Positions 21,043 through 29,812 of a stretch of 52,722 nt of DNA are shown one piece after another. The position numbers and the translations under genes were made by a program. Below the pieces are notes generated by a model that ran no database searches, was not told the DNA's origin, and saw only the letters and a list, made by a program, of their open reading frames with translations. The stretch is from the NCBI GenBank assembly GCA_947311455.1, contig CAMZKY010000028.1, forward strand, positions 1 to 52,722. Direction: 5' to 3'. Source of the DNA: an uncultured Marinosulfonomonas sp. (lineage in GTDB: Bacteria; Pseudomonadota; Alphaproteobacteria; Rhodobacterales; Rhodobacteraceae). Every line of letters begins with the position of its first letter. The stretch's first letter is position 1.

Positions 21043-22730
21043 TATGAAATCTCCTTGTTGAAATGTTTGATCGTCAGGCGAATGGCATTCGGCGCCGCCT
21101 GCCCCAGCCCGCAGATCGAGGCATCGACCATGGTGTCACAAAGTTCTTCTAGCAGATCCTGATCCCAAACATTATCCTGCATCAGCTTCACCGCCTTTTC
21201 ACAGCCCACACGGCACGGGGTGCATTGGCCACAGCTTTCGTCTTCAAAGAATTTCAGCATATTCAGCGCCGCACCGCGCGCGCTGTCTTGATCCGACAAC
21301 ACCACAACAGCGGCCGATCCAATGAACGTCCCATGGGGTTGCAACGTATCAAAATCCAGCGGGATGTCATTCATACTGGCAGGCAAAAGCCCCGATGACG
21401 GCCCGCCCGGCTGATAAGCCATAAACGCGTGCCCGCCCTGCATCCCGCCACAGGCGGTGATGATGTCGTCAATGGTTGAGCCAGCAGGCAACAGATGCAC
21501 GCCCGCATTTTTCACCCGCCCTGACACCGAATAGGAACGCAAGCCCTTGCGCCCGTTCTTTTCAACGCTGTTCAAAACTTGTGGCCCCTCGCGCACAATC
21601 CGTGCCACCCACAGCAAAGTTTCCACATTATGCACCAGCGTCGGACGGTTAAAAACGCCCACCTCGGCCACAAAGGGCGGACGATGACGCGGCAAACCGC
21701 GTTTGCCTTCGATGCTTTCGATCATCGCGCTTTCTTCGCCGCAAATATAGGCCCCCGCGCCGCGGCGCAGATCAATATATCCGGCGCTGACAATTCCGGC
21801 GTTCTCAAGCGCAGAAATTTCGCGGCGCAGAATTTCCAGCACCGCCGGATATTCATCGCGCATATAGATATAGCATTTCTCCGCCTCGACGGCCCACGCC
21901 GCAATCAACATGCCTTCTAAAAACAAATGCGGGCTGCGTTCCAGATGATAGCGGTCTTTAAAGGTGCCCGGCTCGCCCTCGTCGCCATTTACCGCCAGAT
22001 ACCGCGGGCCGACATTGCCGCGCACAAAGCCCCATTTGGTGCCCGACGGAAACCCCGCCCCGCCAAGGCCACGCAATCCGGCCTCTTGCAAAGCGGCTTG
22101 AACCTTTTGCCAATCGCCGCCTTCGCGTAAATCGGCAAGAGCCTGATAGCCTTGCCCTGCCTGATACTGGGGCAAGGTTTGGTAATCGGGAATTTGCGCC
22201 TGGGTTTGCCCCGCATCAATCGCGGCGCGCACTTTTTCTACAGTGGCGTAATCAACGTGGTTATGACCCAATTCCAGCACCGGGGCCGTATCACAACGCC
22301 CCATGCAAGGCGCGCGCAAAATGCGCACCTGTTCAGGATCAAGCCCATCTTCCAAAGCGGTTTTCAACGCTTGCGCCCCCGCAATTTCGCAAGACAGGCT
22401 ATCACAGACGCGGATTGTTAATGCGGGTGGCGGGATTTCGCCTTCTTTTATCACGTCGAAATGGGCGTAAAAGCTGGCAACTTCGTACACCTCGGCCATA
22501 GACAAGCGCAGCTCTTCGGCCAAGGCCCGCAAATGGGCCGCACTTAGATGGCCATAGGCGTCCTGAATTATGTGCAGATATTCAATCAGCAAATAACGAT
22601 GGCGGGGTTTATTGCCAAGCAATGCACGAATTTCGTTCCATGCGTTGTCATCCAACTGGCGGCCTTTGGGTGTTTTACGCCCTCTGCCACGCCCCGATTT
22701 CCAAACGCCTTTTTGATCCGCTGTTGTCAT
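21042..22730 (-). CDS. Formate dehydrogenase beta (diaphorase) subunit, NuoE-NuoF fusion
   Basis: Start at 22730 with a GAGG RBS. NuoE-like CDSLSC...CMGRC; NuoF motifs LRGLGGAGFP, NGDEGEPGTFKD, GAGAYICGEE and ESCGQCTPCR. Confidence 0.92.
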   Translation of the reverse strand: MTTADQKGVWKSGRGRGRKTPKGRQLDDNAWNEIRALLGNKPRHRYLLIEYLHIIQDAYGHLSAAHLRALAEELRLSMAEVYEVASFYAHFDVIKEGEIPPPALTIRVCDSLSCEIAGAQALKTALEDGLDPEQVRILRAPCMGRCDTAPVLELGHNHVDYATVEKVRAAIDAGQTQAQIPDYQTLPQYQAGQGYQALADLREGGDWQKVQAALQEAGLRGLGGAGFPSGTKWGFVRGNVGPRYLAVNGDEGEPGTFKDRYHLERSPHLFLEGMLIAAWAVEAEKCYIYMRDEYPAVLEILRREISALENAGIVSAGYIDLRRGAGAYICGEESAMIESIEGKRGLPRHRPPFVAEVGVFNRPTLVHNVETLLWVARIVREGPQVLNSVEKNGRKGLRSYSVSGRVKNAGVHLLPAGSTIDDIITACGGMQGGHAFMAYQPGGPSSGLLPASMNDIPLDFDTLQPHGTFIGSAAVVVLSDQDSARGAALNMLKFFEDESCGQCTPCRVGCEKAVKLMQDNVWDQDLLEELCDTMVDASICGLGQAAPNAIRLTIKHFNKEIS

Positions 22731-22843
22731 GATGTCGCCTCGTGATTCTTGATCGCTCAAGACAGAGCATATCACGCAAGAGAAAAAGTGCAGCGGATTT
22801 ACGACGTCAGCACGGCTTTTGACGACAGTTTGTTTAACGGATT

Positions 22844-22930
22844 GCACCGCGCTTCGCGCGTCGCGGTGGCGCAGCCCCCTGCGGGGCCTGCGCGATTCCC
22901 GCGGCGCGGATATTTAAGCAAAAAAGAAAC
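22844..22930 (-). repeat. GC-rich multi-hairpin intergenic repeat
   Basis: The minus strand reads TTTCTTTTTTGCTTAAATATCCGCGCCGCGGG..GCGCAGGCCCCGCAGGGGGCTGCGC..CGCGC-GAA-GCGCG. Confidence 0.5.
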
Positions 22931-22934
22931 AGGG

Positions 22935-24998
22935 TTATCTGAGGGCGGCTTCGATATTGCCTCCATCCACCGTCATAACATGGGCCGTGGTGCGGCGGTT
23001 TTGCGCCAAAGAGACAAATGCATCAGCAACGTGAAAGGCTTCGACCTCGCGCCGGATCAGATTGCCCGCCATATACGTGCCTTCGTCAATGCCGCGCGCC
23101 TTGGCGCGTTCTTTAATGAATTCATCATCCAACAGCCCCGAGCGAATGCGATCGGCGTTGATCCCATTCACCCGCACCCCCATTGGCCCAAGCTCAAGCG
23201 CCAACTGACGCAACAGAAAGAACGTTGCAGCCTTCGGCAAGCCATAAGCGCCAAACCCTTTGCCCGGGTTAACGGCTTGCTTTGAGACATTAAACAGGAT
23301 CTGACCGCCGCAATCCTGTTTTTCTAGAATGGCGATGGTGGCCTTTGAAAAGGTTTGATGGGCAAAGAAATTCAGCTCAAAGCTTTTGCGTAGCAACGCA
23401 TCATCAAGAACCGACATTTCCCCTGTCCACGCGGCACCTGCGTTTGATACCAAGATATCCAGACCGCCAAACCTTGAAATACACGCCGTTACAGCACGCT
23501 GTGCAGCATTTTCGGCGGTGATATCAAGCGCAATGCCGCCGTGATCGGGGCCAAGCTGTTTTAAACCCTTCGCCAAGGCCTCCGGGCCAAGATCAACAAG
23601 AAAGATGTTTGCGCCTAAATCAGCAAACGCTTGCGCTGTGGCCAGACCAATCGCGCCGCCACCGCCCGTAACCATCACCACATGTCCGGTAAACTCAGGA
23701 TGTTTGCGCCCGATTTTCACCTGCTCCAGCGACCAGTATTCCATATCAAACAGATCTTCTTCACCCACAGGTGAAAAGCCGCCGCAATCCTCGCCCATGC
23801 TCATCGCGGCTAGATTTTGCTCTCCCAAATCGGCAGAAATTGCCGCGGCTTTGGCATCAACCCCAATGCCGACAATCCCTACATTTTCGATCCACGCCAA
23901 TTCAGGCGCAGGGTTTAGCATGATCTTGTGGCCACCAACACGTGTGTTATTGCGGGTAAAATAATCTGTATAATCAGACACATAAGCATCAATCTTGACT
24001 TGAATTGCATCGCGCCCCTTGGCAATGGTTTCCGCGGTTAGCACGAGCGGAAAATTTTTGGTTCGAATCACATGATCCGGCGTTGCCACACCACGTTTGG
24101 CAAGCGTCTGCCAATCGGAGCGGGCGAAAAATTCTTCTACATTCGGGCCACATCTGGAATCAAGTATAGGCATCGCCGCATCGCGATTGTTAAAATGTTT
24201 TGCCGTTACATCACCAATCATGCCGCGCAACATCGGCAATATTTCTAGTGCAATATCATTCACTGCATCATTTGGCGCGCCCGCTTTGGCGAGCTTTTTG
24301 CCTGATTTTTCCTCAAGCCAGTGCTGCGCCATATTGACATGGGTAATCATCCGGTCATAGGCGGTTTTGGCATCGTCGCCAAACGTAACATGGCCGTGAT
24401 TTAACAAAAGCAACCCTTCTGCATCTGGATGATCTTCAAACGCTTTGGCGGCGGCATTTCCAAGCCGAAATCCTGGCATATAAAATGGCACGACAGCAAC
24501 TTTATCACCGAAGATTTCATTTACAACATCAGCGGCATTCGGCAGATCGGCAATCGCCAACATCATCGTGGCGTGGCTATGAATAATGTTGGGCACCGGA
24601 ATATAGGCATGCAACAGGGTTTCCACAGACGGGGTTGGTGCCGCGCTATCTAACAAATTGCTCCGTTGCGTATTCACCATATCCTCGTCTGAAACATGAT
24701 CAAGATCACGCAAGCGGATCAAGGGCGCAAGGCGCACGGCTGGCATACCGGCAGCCTCAATGGTCGCCATATCCTGACCGCTGCCTTTGATATGAATAAC
24801 ATCAACATCATCACCAAAGATATCAGTGCGCGTGACTTTGCAAGACGCGTTGCCCCCGCCATGCTGAACCAAAGACTGGTCAGAGCCGATCAAACGCGTC
24901 GCATAAATCATAGCAGCAAGCGCCTGATCGGCACCTCCCCCGCCCATAGATTTAACAAAATTTGCAACTTCGGTTTTATTCCAGCGGTTCATAACCAT
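22935..24998 (-). CDS. Bifunctional class II aldolase / short-chain dehydrogenase
   Basis: N-domain HGGGNAS, PSVETLLH, HSH and LLNHG (class II aldolase Zn ligands); C-domain TGGGGAIG, SNAG and YGLPK (SDR). Start at 24998 or 24992. Confidence 0.9.
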   Translation of the reverse strand: MVMNRWNKTEVANFVKSMGGGGADQALAAMIYATRLIGSDQSLVQHGGGNASCKVTRTDIFGDDVDVIHIKGSGQDMATIEAAGMPAVRLAPLIRLRDLDHVSDEDMVNTQRSNLLDSAAPTPSVETLLHAYIPVPNIIHSHATMMLAIADLPNAADVVNEIFGDKVAVVPFYMPGFRLGNAAAKAFEDHPDAEGLLLLNHGHVTFGDDAKTAYDRMITHVNMAQHWLEEKSGKKLAKAGAPNDAVNDIALEILPMLRGMIGDVTAKHFNNRDAAMPILDSRCGPNVEEFFARSDWQTLAKRGVATPDHVIRTKNFPLVLTAETIAKGRDAIQVKIDAYVSDYTDYFTRNNTRVGGHKIMLNPAPELAWIENVGIVGIGVDAKAAAISADLGEQNLAAMSMGEDCGGFSPVGEEDLFDMEYWSLEQVKIGRKHPEFTGHVVMVTGGGGAIGLATAQAFADLGANIFLVDLGPEALAKGLKQLGPDHGGIALDITAENAAQRAVTACISRFGGLDILVSNAGAAWTGEMSVLDDALLRKSFELNFFAHQTFSKATIAILEKQDCGGQILFNVSKQAVNPGKGFGAYGLPKAATFFLLRQLALELGPMGVRVNGINADRIRSGLLDDEFIKERAKARGIDEGTYMAGNLIRREVEAFHVADAFVSLAQNRRTTAHVMTVDGGNIEAALR

Positions 24999-25054
24999 GA
25001 CAAGACTTTCGATTTGAGGTAACAGCGACGTAAACGCGCAATACACTTAGTTTT

Positions 25055-25087
25055 TGACAAATGTCAGTATGTAGTGTCAAATATACA
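25055..25087. promoter_or_regulatory. Putative SorC/LsrR-family operator (tandem TGACAAATGTCA-like sites, 20 bp apart)
   Basis: Near-palindrome TGACAAATGTCA at 25055-25066 and degenerate TGTCAAATATAC at 25075, in the divergent promoter. The same arrangement occurs at 43167-43198. Confidence 0.65.
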
Positions 25088-25099
25088 AAAGGAGCAGGG

Positions 25100-26071
25100 A
25101 TGGCAACAGTTACACGCAGAAGAACCTCGGGTCAGGTATCCGGTGAAAACATCGTGATCGAGGCCGCTTGGTTGTATTATCATGATGGATTAAACCAAAC
25201 GGCAATCGCCAATCATCTAGGTGTTTCGCGCGCAACCGTCGTGAATTATCTGCAAGATGCCAAAGAGCGTGGATATATCCGGATTGTGTTGGCTGACAGT
25301 GCCTTTACCAATCACCAACTGGCACAGGATCTGCGCGAAAAATTTGGCCTAACCGCCACCTACGTGGTACCGGACGGTGTAAGCGGACCTGAAGAAACCT
25401 TGTTACGCGTGGCACGCGGTGCTGCCGAATGGCTGCCGAGTTTGCTACAAGCCGGAGATCGCTTAGGCGTTTCCTGGGGGCGCACCGTTTATGAAATTGC
25501 CGAAGCAATACACCAAAGCCATATCGCGGATCTAACAGTTTCGCAGCTGGTTGGATCGATGGCGACACCTTATGGGTTTACCGCTGAAATTTGCTCGGCC
25601 CATCTGGCACAGCGGCTTGATGCCAAACTGATAAATCTGCATGCGCCTGCCGTCTTAAGCGATCCGGATCTTGCAGAGCGTTTGCGCAACGAGCCTATTA
25701 TCCGCTCGCAAATTGACGCTCTAAGCCATTGTAATAAAGCCATTTTTGCGGCAGGCTCCTGCACGCATGAAAGCCACATCGTCGGCAGTGGTGTTGCAAC
25801 CCATGGTGATCTGGACTGGTATATCAAAAATGGCGCGACCGGTGTGGTTTGTGGGCGGTTTATTGATGCGCAAGGCAAACCTATCCAAGGAAAACTGGAC
25901 AAACGCATGATCGGTGTCGAGCTTGATAAATTGCTGGATCTTGATATGGGGCTTTTGGTTTCGGAAGGTGTTGATAAAGTCGAGCCGATGCTGGCCGCAA
26001 TCAAGGGTGGTTTTGTGTCCCATCTTGTGACAAGCACATCAACGGCAAAATCAATGATTGAAAAAGGCTAG
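25100..26071 (+). CDS. SorC/DeoR (LsrR-like) sugar-phosphate-binding transcriptional regulator
   Basis: AAWLYYHDGLNQTAIANHLGVSRATV HTH, GVSWGRT, GVVCGRFIDAQG; AGGAG RBS before the ATG at 25100. Confidence 0.92.
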   Translation: MATVTRRRTSGQVSGENIVIEAAWLYYHDGLNQTAIANHLGVSRATVVNYLQDAKERGYIRIVLADSAFTNHQLAQDLREKFGLTATYVVPDGVSGPEETLLRVARGAAEWLPSLLQAGDRLGVSWGRTVYEIAEAIHQSHIADLTVSQLVGSMATPYGFTAEICSAHLAQRLDAKLINLHAPAVLSDPDLAERLRNEPIIRSQIDALSHCNKAIFAAGSCTHESHIVGSGVATHGDLDWYIKNGATGVVCGRFIDAQGKPIQGKLDKRMIGVELDKLLDLDMGLLVSEGVDKVEPMLAAIKGGFVSHLVTSTSTAKSMIEKG

Positions 26072-26092
26072 CGGTTTAGGGCCGCGGGATCC

Positions 26093-26114
26093 GGCGAGGT
26101 AAACCTCGCGTTAC
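26093..26114 (-). repeat. REP-like element (GTAA variant)
   Basis: The minus strand reads GTAACGCGAGGTTTACCTCGCC, the same length and layout as the 9722-9743 copy. Confidence 0.6.
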
Positions 26115-26244
26115 CAAAGCATAGACTTATGGATTTTAGATGCCGCATGACACATTGTAATTTGGCGGGAAAACAACATCTTTTCAACATCAGTATGGCT
26201 TGAGCCTATTGCACACTATTGCACAGGCACAGTAAGATCACCCT

Positions 26245-28008
26245 ATGACAGATGAAGCCAACGTTCGAATCCAACCCAAAGTTAAATCCGGCTTTTCTTG
26301 GGGCTCGCGGGTGGCTTTGGGCTTGTTTCTAGCAATCACTGCAACAACAATCTGGATCACCAATGGCTTGTTAACGCAGCGTTTCACTGAAACCACCCGA
26401 TCCCGCGCGCTTGTTCGGCTTACGCTTTATTCTGGTAACCTTGTCAGCGAATTGAAGCGGGCATCAATCGTGCCACAGCTTTTGGCGCGGGATCCGGCAT
26501 TGATTGGCGCGCTCAATGCAGGCGACCACGCCCAAAGCTCGGCGCGCCTCATTTCATATCTAGAGGAAATCGGTGCGGCGTCTTTAATGCTTCTTGACGA
26601 AAACGGACGCACGGTGGCCTCGACAGATCGCAATAAAATTGGCTCGGATCATAAATCAGACCCGTATTTTGTTGATACGGAAAAATCAAATACTACAGTT
26701 TTTACCACCTCCGAAAATAGTTCCGGTGGAATCGTATTTTCTTATTCACGCAAAATGGAAAGCAACAGTGGCAATATTGGCGTTATCGTCGTTGAAGTTG
26801 ATCTGAAGAAGTTTGAAAAAAGCTGGGCCGGGATTTCGGATGCCGTCATTGTTACGGATAGCGAAGGGAAAATCATTCTTGCAACCGAATCCAGCTGGCG
26901 TGGGCGCACCGAAGAAGAAGCGCTGACCGTGCGCTCGGTGCCATCAGCCATTCAGCGCACCATTCAAGCCACGACCGATTGGGTGACTTTGCCGTCTGAT
27001 ACATATTTACTTGGCGAAGCGGTCATGCGTCAGGAAACACGTATTCCGTTCCAAGGCTGGCGGATGACCGCCTTTACAACTTATTCCTCCGTGCGACAGC
27101 GCGTGAATGGCGTTTTGGCGCTTGAAATCATGGGATTCGCGATATTTCTTGCTTTGGTGTTTTACTTTACCTCCCGTAAGGCAATGCTTAGATCATTGAT
27201 ATTTCAACAAGAAACCAAAGAATTGCGCCAACTGAATGATCGATTGCAAAGTGAAATAGCCGAACGTGAAAAAGCCGAGAAAAATCTGGAAGTGGCCGAG
27301 CAAACCCTTGCGCAAAGCTCAAAATTGGCGGCCCTTGGTGAAATGTCGGCTGCGGTATCGCATGAATTAAACCAGCCGTTAGCCGCGATGAAAACCTATT
27401 TAGCCGGTTCGCGTTTGTTGTTACGGCGGCAACGATCCGAGGAAGCCGTTTCATCCTTCCAGCGCATTGATGATCTGATAGATCGCATGGGGGCCATTAC
27501 CAAACAATTAAAAAGCTACGCGCGCAAAGGCGACGAAGGCTTATCCCCCGTTGATTTACGCGAAGCGGTCAATTCGGCCCTGTCGATGATGGAGCCTCAG
27601 CTTAAGCAGCGCCATGTTAAAATCAACAAAACCTTGCCGCGCGAACCGTTGCTGGCAATGGGGGATCGGGTGCGCATGGAGCAAGTGATCATCAATTTGT
27701 TTCGCAACGCCCTTGATGCCACAAAAACTGTGCCTGATCCACAAATCGATATTTTGCTCACCGCAGGTGAAACCGCAACCCTGACCGTGCGCGACAACGG
27801 CGAAGGCATCGAAGATCTGGATTGCCTGTTTGAGCCTTTCTACACAACCAAACAGCCAGGCGATGGTGTGGGGCTTGGATTGGCGATCTCTTCGGGCATC
27901 GTTAGCGATCTTGGGGGGCGCCTAACGGCAAGAAATGGCCGCTTTGGCGGGGCAGTGTTTGAAGTTCAGTTCCCGATCTTGGTAAAAGATGTAGAAGCCG
28001 CCGAATAG
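26245..28008 (+). CDS. DctB-like sensor histidine kinase
   Basis: Two TM segments flanking a Cache domain; H-box SHELNQPL, NALDA, DNGEG, FEPFYTTK and GVGLGL. Confidence 0.9.
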   Translation: MTDEANVRIQPKVKSGFSWGSRVALGLFLAITATTIWITNGLLTQRFTETTRSRALVRLTLYSGNLVSELKRASIVPQLLARDPALIGALNAGDHAQSSARLISYLEEIGAASLMLLDENGRTVASTDRNKIGSDHKSDPYFVDTEKSNTTVFTTSENSSGGIVFSYSRKMESNSGNIGVIVVEVDLKKFEKSWAGISDAVIVTDSEGKIILATESSWRGRTEEEALTVRSVPSAIQRTIQATTDWVTLPSDTYLLGEAVMRQETRIPFQGWRMTAFTTYSSVRQRVNGVLALEIMGFAIFLALVFYFTSRKAMLRSLIFQQETKELRQLNDRLQSEIAEREKAEKNLEVAEQTLAQSSKLAALGEMSAAVSHELNQPLAAMKTYLAGSRLLLRRQRSEEAVSSFQRIDDLIDRMGAITKQLKSYARKGDEGLSPVDLREAVNSALSMMEPQLKQRHVKINKTLPREPLLAMGDRVRMEQVIINLFRNALDATKTVPDPQIDILLTAGETATLTVRDNGEGIEDLDCLFEPFYTTKQPGDGVGLGLAISSGIVSDLGGRLTARNGRFGGAVFEVQFPILVKDVEAAE

Positions 28009-28038
28009 GCCAAGCACCAAACCGAAAAGAGAACACAC

Positions 28039-29370
28039 ATGCCCCAAGCCATGAAAATAGCGATTGTTGACGACGAACAAGACATGCGCCAATCAATTGG
28101 GCAATGGTTAGCCTTATCCGGATTTGATACCGAAACCTTTGCATCTGCTGAATTGGCGCTTAAATCTATCGGCGCTGATTATCCTGGAATTGTTGTCACC
28201 GACATTCGTATGCCAGGCATGGACGGAATGCAGTTTTTAAAACGCCTGATGGCGGTTGATAGCGGCTTGCCGGTGATTATGATCACGGGGCATGGCGATG
28301 TCCCGATGGCGGTCGAGGCAATGCGGGTTGGGGCATATGATTTTCTTGAAAAGCCGTTTAACCCCGACAAAATGACAGAGCTTGCCAAAAAAGCCACACA
28401 AAGCCGGCGACTAACGCTTGATACACGGGCTTTACGCCGTGAACTTGGTGATGGGAGCGCGGTAATCAAAAAATTGATCGGGTCGTCGCCGGTGATGGAA
28501 CGTTTGCGCGAGGATATTCTGGATTTGGCGCAGGCTGACGGGCATGTATTGATTGACGGGGAAACCGGAACTGGCAAAACACTGGTGGCGCATGCGCTTC
28601 ATGCAACAGGATCTCGCGCTGGCAAAAAATTCGCACTTATTTCCTGCGCCGCCTACGAGGAAAACGATCTTTCGTGTCGATTGTTTGGCCCTTTGGAAGA
28701 AGGTGGACAACAACCCATGGTGGAGGCCGCGCGCGGTGGCACGCTGGTGTTTGAAGACATCGATGCCTTAAGCGAAGCGCTACAAGCGCGGTTACTGACC
28801 TATATTAACGAACAAGGTAGCCCAGCTGAAACCCGCATTGTGGCCATTTCCAATCTGCAATCCGAAGATAAAGGCATCGAAGACGCGTTGCGCCCCGATT
28901 TGTTTTACCGGTTGGCCGCCATGCGGATCACCCTGCCGCCCTTACGCCAGCGCGGCGAAGATATTTTAACCCTGTTTGGCCGTTTGGTTGATCAATTCGC
29001 TGATGAATACGGCTGTGATGCACCGAAAGTAACAGCGCAAGAAGCCGCGCAGCTTTTACAAGCCCCATGGCCCGGCAACATTCGACAGCTCATCAACGTT
29101 GCAGAACGCGCCGTGCTACAAAAACGTCGCGGATCAGGCACAATTTCCAGCCTGTTGATGTCGGAAAACGAAAACGTACAACCGGTTATGACAACTGAAG
29201 GCAAACCATTGAAAGAATATGTCGAGGCCTTTGAGCGTATGCTGATTGATAACACCATGCGGCGCCACAAAGGCTCGATTGTGAACGTTATGGAAGAGCT
29301 TTGCTTACCACGGCGGACTTTGAACGAAAAAATGTCCAAATATAATTTGGCGCGTTCAGACTATTTATAA
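28039..29370 (+). CDS. DctD-like response regulator (REC-AAA+-HTH) lacking GAFTGA
   Basis: REC domain (VDDE, DIRMPGMDG, FLEKP), GETGTGKT, DLFYRL, WPGNIRQL and a Fis-type HTH. Confidence 0.9.
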   Translation: MPQAMKIAIVDDEQDMRQSIGQWLALSGFDTETFASAELALKSIGADYPGIVVTDIRMPGMDGMQFLKRLMAVDSGLPVIMITGHGDVPMAVEAMRVGAYDFLEKPFNPDKMTELAKKATQSRRLTLDTRALRRELGDGSAVIKKLIGSSPVMERLREDILDLAQADGHVLIDGETGTGKTLVAHALHATGSRAGKKFALISCAAYEENDLSCRLFGPLEEGGQQPMVEAARGGTLVFEDIDALSEALQARLLTYINEQGSPAETRIVAISNLQSEDKGIEDALRPDLFYRLAAMRITLPPLRQRGEDILTLFGRLVDQFADEYGCDAPKVTAQEAAQLLQAPWPGNIRQLINVAERAVLQKRRGSGTISSLLMSENENVQPVMTTEGKPLKEYVEAFERMLIDNTMRRHKGSIVNVMEELCLPRRTLNEKMSKYNLARSDYL

Positions 29371-29812
29371 GCGTTTTTCCGGTTAATTCAGCCTTCCAGC
29401 GTTGAAATGATATTTTCGCATTGTAATTTGCAGTAAATTCCTCGTATGGTTAAATCTGATGCTGAAATCAGCATCAATACGAGTTACGCTGTTTTCGCGC
29501 ATAGGTTGCAAACGCTCCCCCCCGTTAAAACAGACCGATAGGGCCGCAAGGCCACGAGTTTTGGCCAATATGGCCAGGAATTTGCCCGAAATCCCTTCAT
29601 GGGGCGCCAGATTTGGTGGGCTTTAATTTGGGATACACCTGTATCCGGAGATGAAACGCGATGAGAAGCGCACAGATGCGACGGCTGGAAGAAAAGGGTT
29701 TAACCGCCTTCAAAGCCGCGCGAAACGCTCTCGGCTTCGCCCTTACAAGACACCTCCAGCAATGGAACAGCCCCTTGGGGCCTCATATATTGCCGCGGTG
29801 CAAAGAGAAGAC

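Noticed and set aside
22935-24998. Rhamnose catabolism (rhaD-type fusion)
   Set aside because: No rhamnose isomerase, kinase or transporter is adjacent, and the shared operator points to the mtn/lsr cluster. Not fully excluded.
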